NCBI GenBank assembly: GCA_048772705.1
Contig: JBLWGC010000230.1
Span: 496,001-560,000, forward strand
Reading direction: 5' to 3'
Source: Leidyana gryllorum EB-2025a
Lineage: Eukaryota > Protista > Apicomplexa
DNA: 64,000 bases
Part shown: positions 49,184 to 62,500 of the stretch, piece by piece
How the letters are laid out: the number at the start of each line of letters is the position of its first letter
How positions within the stretch are numbered: position 1 is the stretch's first letter
Notes under the pieces: model-generated
Told to the model about the DNA's origin: nothing
The model's database searches: none
Seen by the model: the letters and a program-made list of their open reading frames with translations, nothing else
Position numbers and translations under genes: made by a program

Positions 49184-52100
49184 CTCAGGTATACCTCCAA
49201 AGCCAATCAGAACCGCCTGACGGGTGACGTTAATAAAGCACTGAACTTATTTTGCTGCTCACCATCTGTTCACGCAGCTCGTTGATATCATTGTCGGTGA
49301 AGTCCAGAACAGTGGCACTGCCGAACTGTCCGATACATCGGGCGAACTGACCAACAAAGACTCCGCAGTCCAGCGACAGTTTGTCTTGCTGCGGAAGGTT
49401 CTCGATAATCACTCGTCGCCAAGGTTGCTTGTTCCACTGTTCTAGATTGATTGATTGCAGATCTGTAGGAAGTGAATTATCACAGGGCCGATGAGGAGCG
49501 TCACTTACGATCCGGGGGTACCCAACCTTCTTCTACTCGCTTATAGAAATCAAACTTGAGATACTCTTCAACACAATGGAAATAGAGCCAGCCGTTATAC
49601 AGCAAAGGGTTGACGAGCGTGTCACCTGCTTCAGCGCCAGCGGAAACTTTCACGCCGGGTTCCTCTTTAACGCGAGGATGCGATGTGGAACTACTGATCG
49701 GCCTTTTGCCTCGTTGTTTGGACAGATCTTGTGCCGCTGCGGTATACCACCTCCAATAGCTATCACTCCAGATGAGTTCTCGTTCTTTCGTGTCCACGGT
49801 GAGTAAGAGCCAATGAGCGCCAATATAATTGATGGGCCAGCAAACGAAGCGGTAAGTCCACAAATTCCACTTTCGTCTGCGGAAGTATCTGAAGATCTTT
49901 TCGCAAGACTCTTTGAATGGCCATTTGGGTTCTGTTTTGAGAGCGGCCTCCAGCAGCGAAGTTTTGCTGCCGGTGGGCACAGAGCGCGGGGCCAATCCTT
50001 GTTCGAATGTGGTCATGAAGTCAGTACTCAAGAAGAGGGTAGTCGGCATTGGATTGATCTGGCCAGCCGGTTCGTGTGTGGCAGCGGTTTCGGATGTGTC
50101 CTTGAGTGCAGACGACGGAGTTGTTTCACTCTGAGCGGTTGGCAGACGGAGTAGTGGTGACCGTGGCGGTGAGGTGGGACTGACAGTTTGGCTGGCTGCC
50201 GCGTCCGACTCGTATTGAGCAAAGAGGTCTTCCATTATCCGTGAGGTATCAGGGGAGGCCACAAAGTGCATCGAATCGTCGGCAAGATTCGGGAGCGGCA
50301 GTGTCAAGGGGGTGGATGGCGGTTCCTTTGTCGACGACGGTGGCGGCTTATCCAAGGCTGGTGTTCCATCTCCACATTCGGGAGCGTTATAGTCTTCGGT
50401 TTCGACACTGGAGTCTTCGAGAACGACCTCAACGACGCCATCTCGAGACTGATCAGAGCTGTCGTTTAGCTGAACAATCGGTTCGAGAGTGCTGCTGCCC
50501 TCGGCAGACGAGCCGCACGCCATATCGGTGTTGTCTGTATTGGGTCCATTGACGAGCGGTGCGAGAAGGGAGGTAGCGGTAGGCTGTTTGGAGGGGACAG
50601 ATTGATCGGTCGTCCTGTTTTGTTCCTCCTTGACCTCTTTTTTGACCTTCTCTTTCTTCACTTCGACGAGCTCTGACTTGACTTCACCTTCTGAAGTGGA
50701 AGACTCACGTTTAAGATCGAAGGCTTCAGGATGTTTGACCGTGAGATCGGTGATGGTCCTTTGCAGCAGATCGCACCAGTCTTGCATAAGCAGCAACCAG
50801 ACATTCATAACGTCGGCATTCAGTTCCGTTGATCGTTCGGCAGGATTTTCGAGTCGTTTCGAGTCTCCTCCTGTCTTTGATCCATTAGAGGAGGAGCGGC
50901 AGACACGCGTCTGAGAGTTTGTGGGAGTCGTTGGTCGTAGACACCACAAAAGGGACCGCGACACAAAGTTGAATCGCTTATTGACCGGTTGGTAGCGGAG
51001 ATCGTGTCCTTCGGTGACTTTGTCACTGTCGAGGTAGTAGTTGACAAGCTCAGCCGGGTAGAGCATCCGAAGACCAGCCCGTCTGTTGACTATCGCATTG
51101 GAAGTCGCGCCAGTGGGGGTTGGGGCAATAGGTATGGAGGGACGGGTAAGTCCACAGGCCCTCAGGAGGAGCTGTGCGTAGCGTTCATAGTCAAAGTGCG
51201 AAGTGGTGAAAGTGCGCAGGAAGGGTGGTCTCAGGGCTTCATCCAGAGTGGCTCTGCGAGTGACAGGGACTCTGGCCTGTATATCGGCGTCTGAGAGTCC
51301 CATCCTCAAGCGCATAAGCTCGATACTCTTTGACTCAAATCTCGCCATGACCCTTCCAACACCCCCCGGAGATGAGATTTGGACATTGACGGAGATGGGG
51401 GAGTTTCCTCCAATCTCCGGGAATAAGAGACTCTCGCAGCCAGCGTCGATCCGTTGCTTCCGAAGCGTTTCAATATCCGGCTCGGGAGGATTATTGGCGG
51501 TATCGACTATCGTTTGAGAACTCGAATCAGCACTCCTCACGTCAGCTTCAATCTGCGTGGAGGCCGGTCGCCCTTTGACAATGATTATTTTGTCGAGCGG
51601 TATGTCGACCGGCAGACTGACTGATTTGTTGAGAACGACGGGTTGTTGAAGTGATGACGGCGTCCCAGCGTTGGCTGACTTGTCAATCGGAAGGCTCGGG
51701 CGAGAGTGGAGCGCAATTCTGTGACGATCCGCGCTGCTGTAGCGGTCCGAATTGCGACGTTCACGCGGTGACGGCTCTATTTGCTTATTGTGACACAGCA
51801 TTACCTCACGGCGGTAGTGTCTTGGAGTATTGTGATGGTGGGAATGGCTTTGATGCTGATTCACGTTGTGATTACGCGCTGGGCTCTGAGCTCCACAGTT
51901 TCTGTCGCGGAATCGATCTCGCTCTCGTTCGCGGGGGCGTTGAAAGTCTTCGTGACGTCGTCGAGGGGGCAGACGGTCAGTGCTCCAGTCTCCCCGTATA
52001 GTAACGATACGCCTATCATCAAAGTGTTGGCGATTGCGTCCCGTCAACGGTGACTGTTGAAGTTCTATCCGGGCGGCTCGTATACGCGAGTGTCCGACAG

Positions 52101-52533
52101 GACGTGAGGGAGGGCTGTTGTTGGTATTATTGTTGTTGGCCCGATGGTGGTGTGGGTGATGATGGGTATTAGAAGAGGAAGCGGGAGTGTGACGACCGAC
52201 GGGGAGGGGGGGCAGGCGTTCTTCGCGTTGAGGACGTTGGGGTTGGTGACGGGGGGTGTGATGCGGTCGGTGATTGTAAAAGCTCGACAAGGGGCGATCA
52301 AGGCTTGGGTGGTCACGGAGTGGGCGGGCGGAGGGTGAATGACGTGGCGACCTCGGCCATACGGGTTCCAGCCGACGGTATTTGCGGGCTGGGGAGGGCG
52401 GCGTGCCATTGTCTTTATAGTCGTGAGCTTCTTTTTCGTTGTTCTTACTCATCCTGTTTGATTCATCAGGCAAGTCTGTGGGTAAGCGTGTAACATCAGC
52501 CCCTACTCCGTCATCCCCCCATGCATATGTCAT
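49184..52533 (-). CDS. Ulp1/SENP family (C48) SUMO-type protease, 2 introns
   Basis: LNADVMN, FLSTDF, WPIN..AHWLLL (His), WSDS (Asp) and PQQ....DCGVFV (Gln/Cys). Disordered His/Arg-rich N-terminus. Confidence 0.85.
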
Positions 52534-52548
52534 AGTAATTTTTTCACA

Positions 52549-54256
52549 CTATTCCTTCTTGTCATCACCATCCTCTTTCTTATCTGCCCTCTCTGACGAA
52601 CCAGAAGGCAGATTCTTCAGGGCCTCTTGCACTTGTGGGTCTGATAAGTTCACACCAGCCATACCCCGCATTACTTCGCCCATCAAAGCAGCGTTCGCCT
52701 CATCCGTTTTCCTCTCGTCGATCATTTCGCTGTGGAAACAGACAGTTTGTCATCCAAAGGAGACCACAGCCAATACCACTCACCTCTGAGGAGTCTGAAA
52801 CTCAACGGAAGAGGCTCCGCTGCCTTCGGTTTTACGTCTTTTATTGTTTCCGTCCGCATTAGGTTCTCCCATCTCGTCCTCATTCGGCCGTTTCGAGGGA
52901 GGTACAGCGGCTTCTTCCTCAGCCCGGGACGGCATCGAAACCTCCTGAAGCGACAGCAACAGGGCCTGTTTCAAATCTGGATCGATATTCTCCATTGCAT
53001 TGATCTCCTCAATAGCTGCACACAGTCATATTTTACTTTTGCCCTCACAAACAGATCACTCACTGGGCGGACGGTCGTTCGCTTCGCTGTCGACAGGTGC
53101 CGCTTCTGAGACCCCTAAAGCCCCCATTGGTCCGCCCTCATCGTTCTGCACTTGGACCAGAGGCACTGTGCTCTCACCCTCCACGGGATCGGTGTGACCT
53201 GCTCGCACCTGTGCCGGAGTGGAGGTCTCTGCAGCCTGCTTTAAACGTGGAATGGCAGCAAACTTAGCCAAACATTGCCGCCTCACCCGTCGTGCGCGCG
53301 CCCGTTCCTCCTCCAGACTCAGACGCAAAGCCATATACAGCTCGGGGTCGGTATTGGGATCGACACCAAACTCGTCCACTGCGATGAAGAAGGTTGGATA
53401 CTAATATCAGCGTTGCCATAAAACTCACTGGCGCTCGCCTCCTCGCCAGTCCGTTCCCCGGTGTCAGCCGATATAATGGCTGACTCGCGGATTTGTCTTG
53501 GCAAACTCATAGAATTGTCGGTGACCTCCACCAGATGTGAGGTTTGATTAGAGTTAACAGCCTGGAACAACTTTTGTACTAAGGGAGCGTTGCCAGGGAC
53601 CTCGCCGAACGAGATTATATCTGATGTGACATTGAAAAGAGTAATTCTGGCAGTGATCATCGGGGGAGTGATCGTGGTGGGGGGGGCGGACGTGTGTGCA
53701 AATATGTGTGTACGTAGGTGGAGGCGCTTTGTGGGGAGTTCATCGTACTCACCGAGGGAAATGTTGTTCTTCCGGAGCCCTTTGCCCAGCGTTTCGAGTT
53801 GTTTCTCGGTGGCTTTCTGTGGCGAGTGAGTGTGGGGGAGGTGGTGTCGCCACTTACGATAGGGCTGCAGACAAACAGAACGATCCTCTGTCGTTGATTC
53901 CTGTTTGACCTATGCTTGAGAGCGAGTTGGGCTGTGTGAAGGCCACGAATAAAGTCAGACTCTCCTTCACATCTTAGCGGCAACAGATTCAGGAGAAAGG
54001 CGCCCATATCAGATGTTGGAGCGACTGACACTTGAACTCTGTGGGGGGTACGGGCTCGAGTCAGGCATTGGATTTTCACTCACCGGGGTCCACCCATTAC
54101 GAGCATTCCAACAGCATTCTCTGGATTGACTTGCGTTTTGGTTCCACACAATAGGTTAGCAGTGTCTTGCTGTGCTTCTAGTCGACTGGGCGTAAAATCT
54201 TCGTTCCGGGCGTAGTCCGAGTTGTCGATGCATATCATAGTGGCCTCCATCACCAT
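52549..54256 (-). CDS. RPN10: 26S proteasome ubiquitin receptor Rpn10 (vWA + UIMs), multi-exon
   Basis: MVMEATMICIDNSDYARNEDFTPSRLEAQ, AQLALKHR..NQRQRIVLFVCSP, FGVDPNTDPELYMALRLSLEEE and DPDLKQALLLSL. Confidence 0.95.
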
Positions 54257-54601
54257 CTTTGGGCTTGAAAAATAATTCTAACTACGCACTACTGGTGACT
54301 GCGATCACAGCCAGGGACTAACTGAAAGATGCACAGAGCGTAGGAATAATACTACTCTAAGGTCGTCAAGTTGTGAGCGATTAACACAAGAACAACAAGA
54401 ACAATAAACTACTGTGTATCATCAGCAGAGTCGGTTGTGAGCAAACAAAGGCTCGTTAGGGTGCAGCGTATCAATCTACCTCAGGGGAGCGCTGCCTCCT
54501 CCTCACTTAGTCATTAGTCAGTCAGCCGTCAGCCAGCTTGTCCTGTGTTCGTTACTCCGTTTAAAAGGAAGCAAGGACTTTTTTCGACAAGACTTTCAGC
54601 A

Positions 54602-56210
54602 ATGGTTGCAGCTGAAGAGACCAAAGTGACAGATACGTCGGACGTATCTCTGGCACAGCCCCGGCGACCCAACGTCCCCATTGGCTTCGGTAAGACCGGC
54701 CACTACAAAGTTCTCGTACAATGTCGGGTGCTCCATTATCGCAGGCGCGCATGTATCCCGTCCTCTGGTGATTCCTGTGGAGGAATTTGACCGAGAACAC
54801 CGTTTTTGGGATCAGCAGCCCGTCCCTCGGGTGCGCGAAACCGAACCTGTCAAGGTAAGCGTGTGTGTGTGTCTGTCTGTCTCAGGTGACACCGGCTCCC
54901 TCCTCCCCGAACAGAAAGGTCCATTGGAGCCCGCAAAGGCCGTCGAGGATGTCCGCAAGACTCCTCTGGCACTGCCAGAAGGGTTCAGTTGGTGCGACAT
55001 GAATATCACCGATGAGAGCCAAGCAAATGAGATTTACACTTTGCTCTACAACAATTATGTGGAAGATGATGACGCTTGCTTCCGATTCAATTACTCTGTT
55101 GAGTGCCTCCGTTGGGCCCTTACTCCCCCCGGATACTTCGCGGATTGGCATGTTGGGGTCAAATGCAATGACAAGTTGGTTGCATTCATCAGCGGAATCC
55201 CTTCTACCGTGGTGGTGCACAATGAACCCATCAAAATGGCTGAAATCAATTTCCTTTGCGTTCACAAGCGTCTCCGGTCCAAGCGTCTGGCTCCTGTGTT
55301 GATCCGAGAAGTCACTCGTCGAGTCAACCTCAAAAACATATGGCAAGCACTCTACACTGCAGGAGTCTTCCTACCCAGACCGATCGCGGACTGTCGATAC
55401 TATCATCGCACGCTCAATGTCAAGAAGCTCGTCGACGTCGGCTTCTCCCAGCTCCCCGCCCGCCAGACAATGGCCATGGCGCAACGACTACTCAGTGTTC
55501 CTGAAGAATTTACCGTGAGTGGCAACTCAAGTAAAGCGAAATGATTGGATCTTCCACAGATGGAGAACATTGTCCCTCTTGAGAAAAAGCACGTGCCCGA
55601 GTGCGTCGCTCTGCTGAAAGAGGACTTTGAGAACCGTCATGTGCTCGTGCACCCAGAGTTTGAACTGGAAGAAGCTGAGCACTGGCTGATCCCTCGCGAA
55701 GGCATAGTCGAAGCCTATGTCAAGGTTGGAGATAATGGCAAAGTTACCGACTTTTTCTCGTTCTATGAATTGCCCTCCAACGTCATCAAGCACAATACTA
55801 CCTACAATGTAGTCAAGGTAAGTGCGACATTTGTTTCCCTATCCGCACACACGCGCTTTCGTCCCACAGGCGGCGTATCAATACTACACGGTGGCTCAGA
55901 CTGTGAGTCTAAAGGACTTGATGGCCCAAGCTTTGATCGCAGCTGCTCGGAAGTGAGTACAAACGCGTGTTGTGCGTGTGTGGTTTACGTCGTCTTTATT
56001 CCGTCAGGAACTACGACGTATTCAATGCACTGGATCTGGGGGAGAACTCCAGCATGTTCCAGGACCTGAAGTTTGGAAAGGGAGATGGGAGCTTGAAATA
56101 CTATTTGTACAACTGGGGTTGCGAACCGGTAAGTAGCAGGGGTAGTTGGCTGGCCGATTTTTTGTTTGGCTTAGATGCATCCGAATCAAGTAGGGGTCAT
56201 CTTGATGTGA
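54602..56210 (+). CDS. NMT: glycylpeptide N-myristoyltransferase, multi-exon
   Basis: [65 protein letters not shown] and terminal VGVILM*. Confidence 0.97.
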
Positions 56211-56239
56211 AGCTTTGTATATTGAGTGACTGGCAAAAA

Positions 56240-59200
56240 ATGAGGACCTTCAGCAGCCGCCTTACAGTGGATCGTATACCGGCTAGACGAGCAGCGTCAG
56301 TCGGGACGTGTCCACAATCTCGGCCGTTGGCCCCCGTGCATCCCCAGGTTCAAGCTCTGATAGAGATATTCCAGGGTCAGGAGATCCTACCGTCTTTTGT
56401 TCGAGCTGCTCTTCATTATCCGTGGTTACGCTTCATTGACGCAAACGTAGAACAACGCTTCTTGCACTATGCTCAAGGTCGGAGAAAGTTGGCAGCTGGC
56501 GTGTTCAGTCTTGGTTGGTTGCTACATGCCTTGCTGGCTATCCTCCCTGTGGGCATCCTGAGTGCTATCGAAGGCGGCAGTCCTGTGTACGCGTACTTGA
56601 ATCTATGGCCGTTCCTGTTGGCCATCGCCGTTGCACTTTTCTTAATGGCAGTTGCTGCCAAAGACACCCCTTTCAATGTGATCATGATTGAAATGGTAGG
56701 CGGGAGAGAACTTGCTCGCCTTTCATGCATCAGTGTCAGTTATTCGGTTGTCTCCTCCGTCTAAACGTCTTTTACGCCGCCGACGAGACACATCTGATGC
56801 GCTCGCTGAGGATGGCCTTTGCGTCAACAATGTTGGCTGCGGTGCTGATAATTGACTGTTCTGACCTGCGGTAATGCACAGTCAGTCGGTCGGATTACTC
56901 ACTCCCTCGCCGCTTTCCTATAGGTTCACAACGGCGATGGCTACTTCCGGGCTGGTCCTTTTGCAATTCGTGGGATTTGCCATCTGGCTCCATCTTGCTG
57001 CGCTTTCTACACCTCTTGAGCCCACTCTGTATATTCTCTACGCCCTCGTTGTCACCGGCGTCACACTCTACGCACGCTTCCGAGATGAAAAGCGGCTCCG
57101 CCTGCTCTTCTTTATCATGAACGTGAGCTGTGCAACATGTAAACCGCATACGCCCACCGTCCCATCGTAGTGCTATCATCCACCCCTTGACGATTCCACA
57201 GCACGAGGTGCCAGCCAACGTAAGACAATGGAGCTGCTAGATATACTGTCCCGGGCAATCCCTGCCCTCGAGTCCATTGCTTTGTTGCCTGCTGCTCGAG
57301 ACACTCAGAAAATGCTGGAACGGTAAGTTACTGTCCGTACCAAATGCGGCGGGCTTCTCTGAGAACCGTCAAGTCTCCGAGCGATCGATCTTTGCGGTGT
57401 AAAGAGCCGCAGTCTGCACCCAGCTTCGTCCCCGCTCTTTGCGTGTGTGTGTGCGTGTGTGTAAATGCTCAGACCCCGTTTGAGTTTGATCTCTGATTCA
57501 GCTGCTGGGGACTGCTATCGGGTACAATCGACGTCCCGGACGAGGAGTGGGAGTATTTGCAGGAAGAGGACCGAGAGGTGTTGGATTCTCTGACCGGCGA
57601 GCGCTTCTTCAATGAGGCAATGGACACCAATCTATCGCGATTATCTATGCGAATGCGAGACGATATTGCTGTTTCGTCACCCAGCAGCGTCTTGAGCAGT
57701 GCCTCAGTAAAAACAGAGGCTGCTTCTGCCCTCCCTCGGCGCGAAAGGCGTAATAGCACCTTCACCCACGGGGTCGGCGCCGCTGCCATCAAAACGTTGG
57801 CCACCCTCGCCACCCCTCTACCATCACCCACCCACCTCGATATCGATCTCCACAATGCTCCTAGCCGACAACAGTCCCCAGCACCTCCTCCGTTGGGAAG
57901 TGATCAGCGCTCTGAGTGTCGACCCACTTCTCGATTCCATGTGCTTGACGTACACTTTCCACTCTTCTCTCACTTCAAGCGCCTTGAAGCGACACAACGA
58001 TCCGACCCGCCTCTGACCGAAGTGAGCCCACAAACAAACACACACACACGGCCTCGTTCGAATCACCTTGGCATCACACAAATCATGTGCCTCGTTGCAG
58101 ATTACGCGGCCGTCCTCGCCAGTAAATTCAGATTGGGAATTACCAGACGTACTTTCACCTGTAACCGATGGCACTTACGTCCCCATCTTAGCTGTGGGTT
58201 TCGCCTACCTCGCCCCCTTCTGCAAGAAAGGAATCCTGCACTCCGACACCAATGTCTTGAAGCGATTCCTATGGTGCCTGCAGAATTTGTATTTAGATAA
58301 CCCCTACCATAATGCCTTTCACGCTGCACAGGTTATGCACAGCAGCTGTTGGCTCGCCAAGACTATACTTAAAGAGAGGTGAGCAGAAGTAACTCCTGAT
58401 GCGCAGATCATCGATGCCCAGTTTTGAGGACTTCGATCAGATGAGTCTTGCGGTCGCCGCGCTCGCACACGATGTTGGCCATCCAGCTCGGACGAACGGT
58501 AAGTACCACTCACCACGCTACTCCATGCTCAAGTCTTTTCGCCTTTACACAGGCTTCCTATGTGCCACGGGTAGTATATTAGTAAGCACTGGTCGGCCGT
58601 GATGCTTAGCATCTTGATGCATAACAGTCCCGGGTCTACAACGATCAATCCGTCCTGGAAAACTACCACGCTGCGCTCCTCTTCACGGTCTTGGCTTCGT
58701 AAGCTATCTACAAGCCCAGGCTTTCTCAATCCACCCAACTCAGGTCACGATATGACATATTCGAACAGACATCCAGGAAGGACTTCTTCGCCTTCCGTAA
58801 ATTTGCTATAGAAGCAATCCTTAGTACCGATATGGCTGATCATTTCGAGTTCCTCAATCGAGCGAAATTGCGGTTTTGTGCAACGGACTTTGATGTTCGG
58901 ACCCAAGAAGAGGATAAGAGGTGCGATCGACCCATGTAAATAGTCCATACAGTATTCCACAGCCTGTTTTATTCGATCGTGATCAAAGCCGGAGATCTAT
59001 CTCACACGGCAGTCAGTTGGGACCATCATCAGCGATGGAGCAAGCGTGTGGGTGAAGAGTTCTACCTTCAGGTGATCTACCTCTCCTTCCGCCCTCCCTA
59101 TGACTGCTTATATGTTAGGGAGACGAAGAAGCTCGTAGAAGCTTGCCAATCTCGTCCTTGTGCGATCGAAGTCATACTAACGCTCGTGATTTTGCGAAGG

Positions 59201-59436
59201 GGCAACTGAGCTTTCTGCAGTTTGTGGCGGAGGTAAGATAAACCGATTGCCGGTGTTCAATTACCCCGGAACAGCCGATCTACGACCAACTGGATACCTT
59301 AGATAGTAGTGGACGCGTCCGGTAAGCATCAAACAAGCACATGAATTTCTCAACACCTTGTAGCGACCAATGCCTCACCGCCATGGTCCGCAACAAGCTC
59401 AAATGGCAAATGGAAGAAGATGTTGCTGCCGACTAG
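56240..59436 (+). CDS. membrane-anchored class I cyclic-nucleotide phosphodiesterase, multi-exon
   Basis: N-terminal TM helices, then [41 protein letters not shown] and EEFYLQ|GDEE. Confidence 0.92.
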
Positions 59437-59546
59437 ATACCGACAGAGATAACCCATCAATGACTAATTGACATCAATGCACTTGCGACTCGTTACTGCA
59501 ACCGTAGCACACACGTGTGTGGTCTGGGTGGTGCGCCTCGAACATC

Positions 59547-62500
59547 ATGGCAAATGACAGGAGGCTCAACATGCGTGGTGCCCCCACGGGTCATGAACAA
59601 GACACTTCATCAGCAATGGCCGTTCAGAAACCGGTGTCCAGAGGGCCAGCGGTCCCTCCGCCGTCCTTCCGCCAAGTTATGCTCATCATGTTCTGGAAGA
59701 ACATGACCATCCGGAAACGCCGAAAGCTGGAGCAGCTGCTGATGCTCTTTCAGATCTTCATCTGGTTCGGCTGGGGCGCTATTCGCTTCCTGTTCCGCAG
59801 CGCGCCAAATTTCTTGCCTGCTGTCGCTCCTACTCAAAAGTACGGAAATATCGCTATGTACAAGCCCATCAGCTTTCCTCAAAATCATCCCATTGCCGTT
59901 ACAGTGGACAGTGGACACAATTGGGAGCCCCCGCACCAACGTCACATCACTAAACCATCCGAGATCGAAAACTACTTCAAGAACCATCCAACGGTGGACA
60001 GTGACATGCTGGCTGACGTCCTAGTGATGTTCGGCAAGCTGTGGAACCAAGGGTTCGGACCTTTGCCCCTACAGGCCTTTGATACCAACAAGACACTCTC
60101 GGAAGGGATGCGTGATGACGATCGCATTCAATGGGGTTTGGAGGTCAACAACCTCCGCGCGGACGATCCACGAGTCGAGTTCACTCTCACATACTGGAGT
60201 GACGAAATTCCGTTGGTGGGAGAACGAGTGGGCCACACCGAAGCTTGCCGTGAATTAGAGCCTAAACTAGATCGGAATCTGGATTTCAAGACTTTGCTGC
60301 ATCACAGTCCAGGACAATGTTTGGCAGGCAAATATCTTCAGAGTTCTTATGCTATTGCTCAAAGCTTCCTCATCACTTCAATCTACCGTGCACGACTGAA
60401 ACGAGGCGCTGTCATTGATCCCGAGTTCATAACACATCCAAAATTCCGTGCGCCCATGCAGCAAACATTAGAATTCCCTGGAGTCACACTTATCGCTGAG
60501 GATTTCCCCCTCCACACGACCCTCCACTCGAATTTCCCAGATTTAGCTTCCCAAACTCCTCTCTTTGTCATGTTTGCCTTCTCAAGGTTCCTGATGACAT
60601 CGCTTCAAGATATGGCGTCTGAGAAAGAATCGAAGTAAGTAGCATTCAGCCCAATCTTCTAACAACTTGCGCAGAATGAAAGAAGTGATGAAGATCTTTG
60701 GATTGACAACGGCTCAGCATTGGTTCAGTTGGCTGTTGACCCACATGGTCATGAACGTGGTATATACTGGCTTAACTCTCATTATTTGCCGGTTGTGCAA
60801 TATGTTTGGCCAGTGTAATTATGCTGTTCTGGGCGTGATCATCTATCTGTACTTGTTATCTTTGCTGACGTCAGGAATGATGCTTTCGGTCGTGGTCGAG
60901 AAGCAGCAAACGGCTGTATTCATTGGTTTGAGTATCAACGTCTTCTTGAATGGCATTTCGTGGATTCTCACCACTCTAGAGATGGCATCTCAGACCGTCA
61001 AAGGACTTCTCAGCACTGTGTCCACCATTGCCTTCTCCATAGCGTTGGACGAAACACTGCGGGGATTACCTATGCGACGCATCACTGCATCTAATTGGTT
61101 CAATTTCAATGAACATCATGTTGGTAAGTCCCCAAGCTCCGCTGATCCATCATACCACATTGGTCAGGATTCTACACAATTATGCTCTTGGTCGATGCCT
61201 TTGGGTACTTCCTCATCGGTCTCTACTTGGACATGGTCTTGCCCAGTTCGTTCGGTGCGGCCAAAAAGTGGTACTTCCCTGTGCAGGATGCTTGGAAATT
61301 CATCAGCCGCATGCTGGGCTTTGGATCTGCTCGCTATTTAGATGACGATCCTCGCAACCACTTCTCAGCTGCAGAGGACTCTACATGGTCGGAGAAGGGC
61401 TTCATTGAGCCAGTTCCTGGCAGTTTGATCGAAAAGGGGGCGGCAGTGCAGATTCGAAATCTCGTCAAGGAATTCAAAGTGGCTGGAGTGAAAAAGCGCG
61501 CAGTCAATTCGCTTTCTTTGGATATCTATCGATCTGAGATCTTTGCTCTATTGGGGTAAGCGATTGAAATCACTTGTCATCTATTTGTCCTTGACAGTCA
61601 TAATGGCGCTGGAAAAACGACCACTATCAGCATCCTCACTGGGATGCTCGTCGCGGACGGAGGTGACGCTTGGGTGAACGGGTACAACATGAAGACAAAT
61701 CCACGTGAAGTTCAACAGAGCATCTCTGTCTGCCCTCAACATAATATTTTCTTGGACGAGCTCTTGTGTATTGAACACTTGTGCTTCTTCGCTGGCCTTC
61801 GAGGAATTGATGTTCAGCAAGCGTTGCTGAAACTCCAGAATCCCGAGAATTATGGCAAGGAGCTGATGGGTGCATTCCAGCGAGAGCAGCAAGAGAGACA
61901 GATGGCCGCTGCTCGTGGATTGCCTGAGCCCGAAAGCAAACACATGAGCACCAAGACTTGGCAGGGAGTATTGCGGCTGGTCGATAGATTCGGTTTGACA
62001 GCAAAACTCTTCCATCATCCAAGAAGTCTCAGTGGAGGACAGAAGCGGCGCTTGTGGCTCGCCTTGGCCATGATTGGTGAACCACATGTGGTATTTCTGG
62101 ATGAGCCAACCAGTGGTGTAGATCCCATGGCGCGTCAGGACATTTGGAAGGTCATCCAAGATGAGCGGAAGAGTGGTCGCTGTATCATCATAACCACTCA
62201 CCATATGGAGGAGGCGGATATCTTGGCCGACCGAAAAGCAGTTATGGCTTCTGGAAGACTCCACTGTCTCGGAAGCAGTCTTTTCTTGAAGAGCAAGTTC
62301 GGTATCGGGTACTATTTAGAAGTACAGCTGAAACAAGAACTGAGTCCCCAAGAACGAGATCGGCATAGACGGGACATCACCAAGCGCGTGCGTGAGGTGA
62401 TTCGCAATGCCAAATGGATCCAACTAGGCGGAGGGGACACCGTCGGTACCTTACAGGCTGTCAGTATCAGTTCCGGTATCTTGACATACGCTTTGCCTCT

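Noticed and set aside
54257-54601. ncRNA in the 345-nt RPN10/NMT divergent spacer
   Set aside because: No recognisable boxes or stable structure; consistent with ordinary promoter/UTR sequence.
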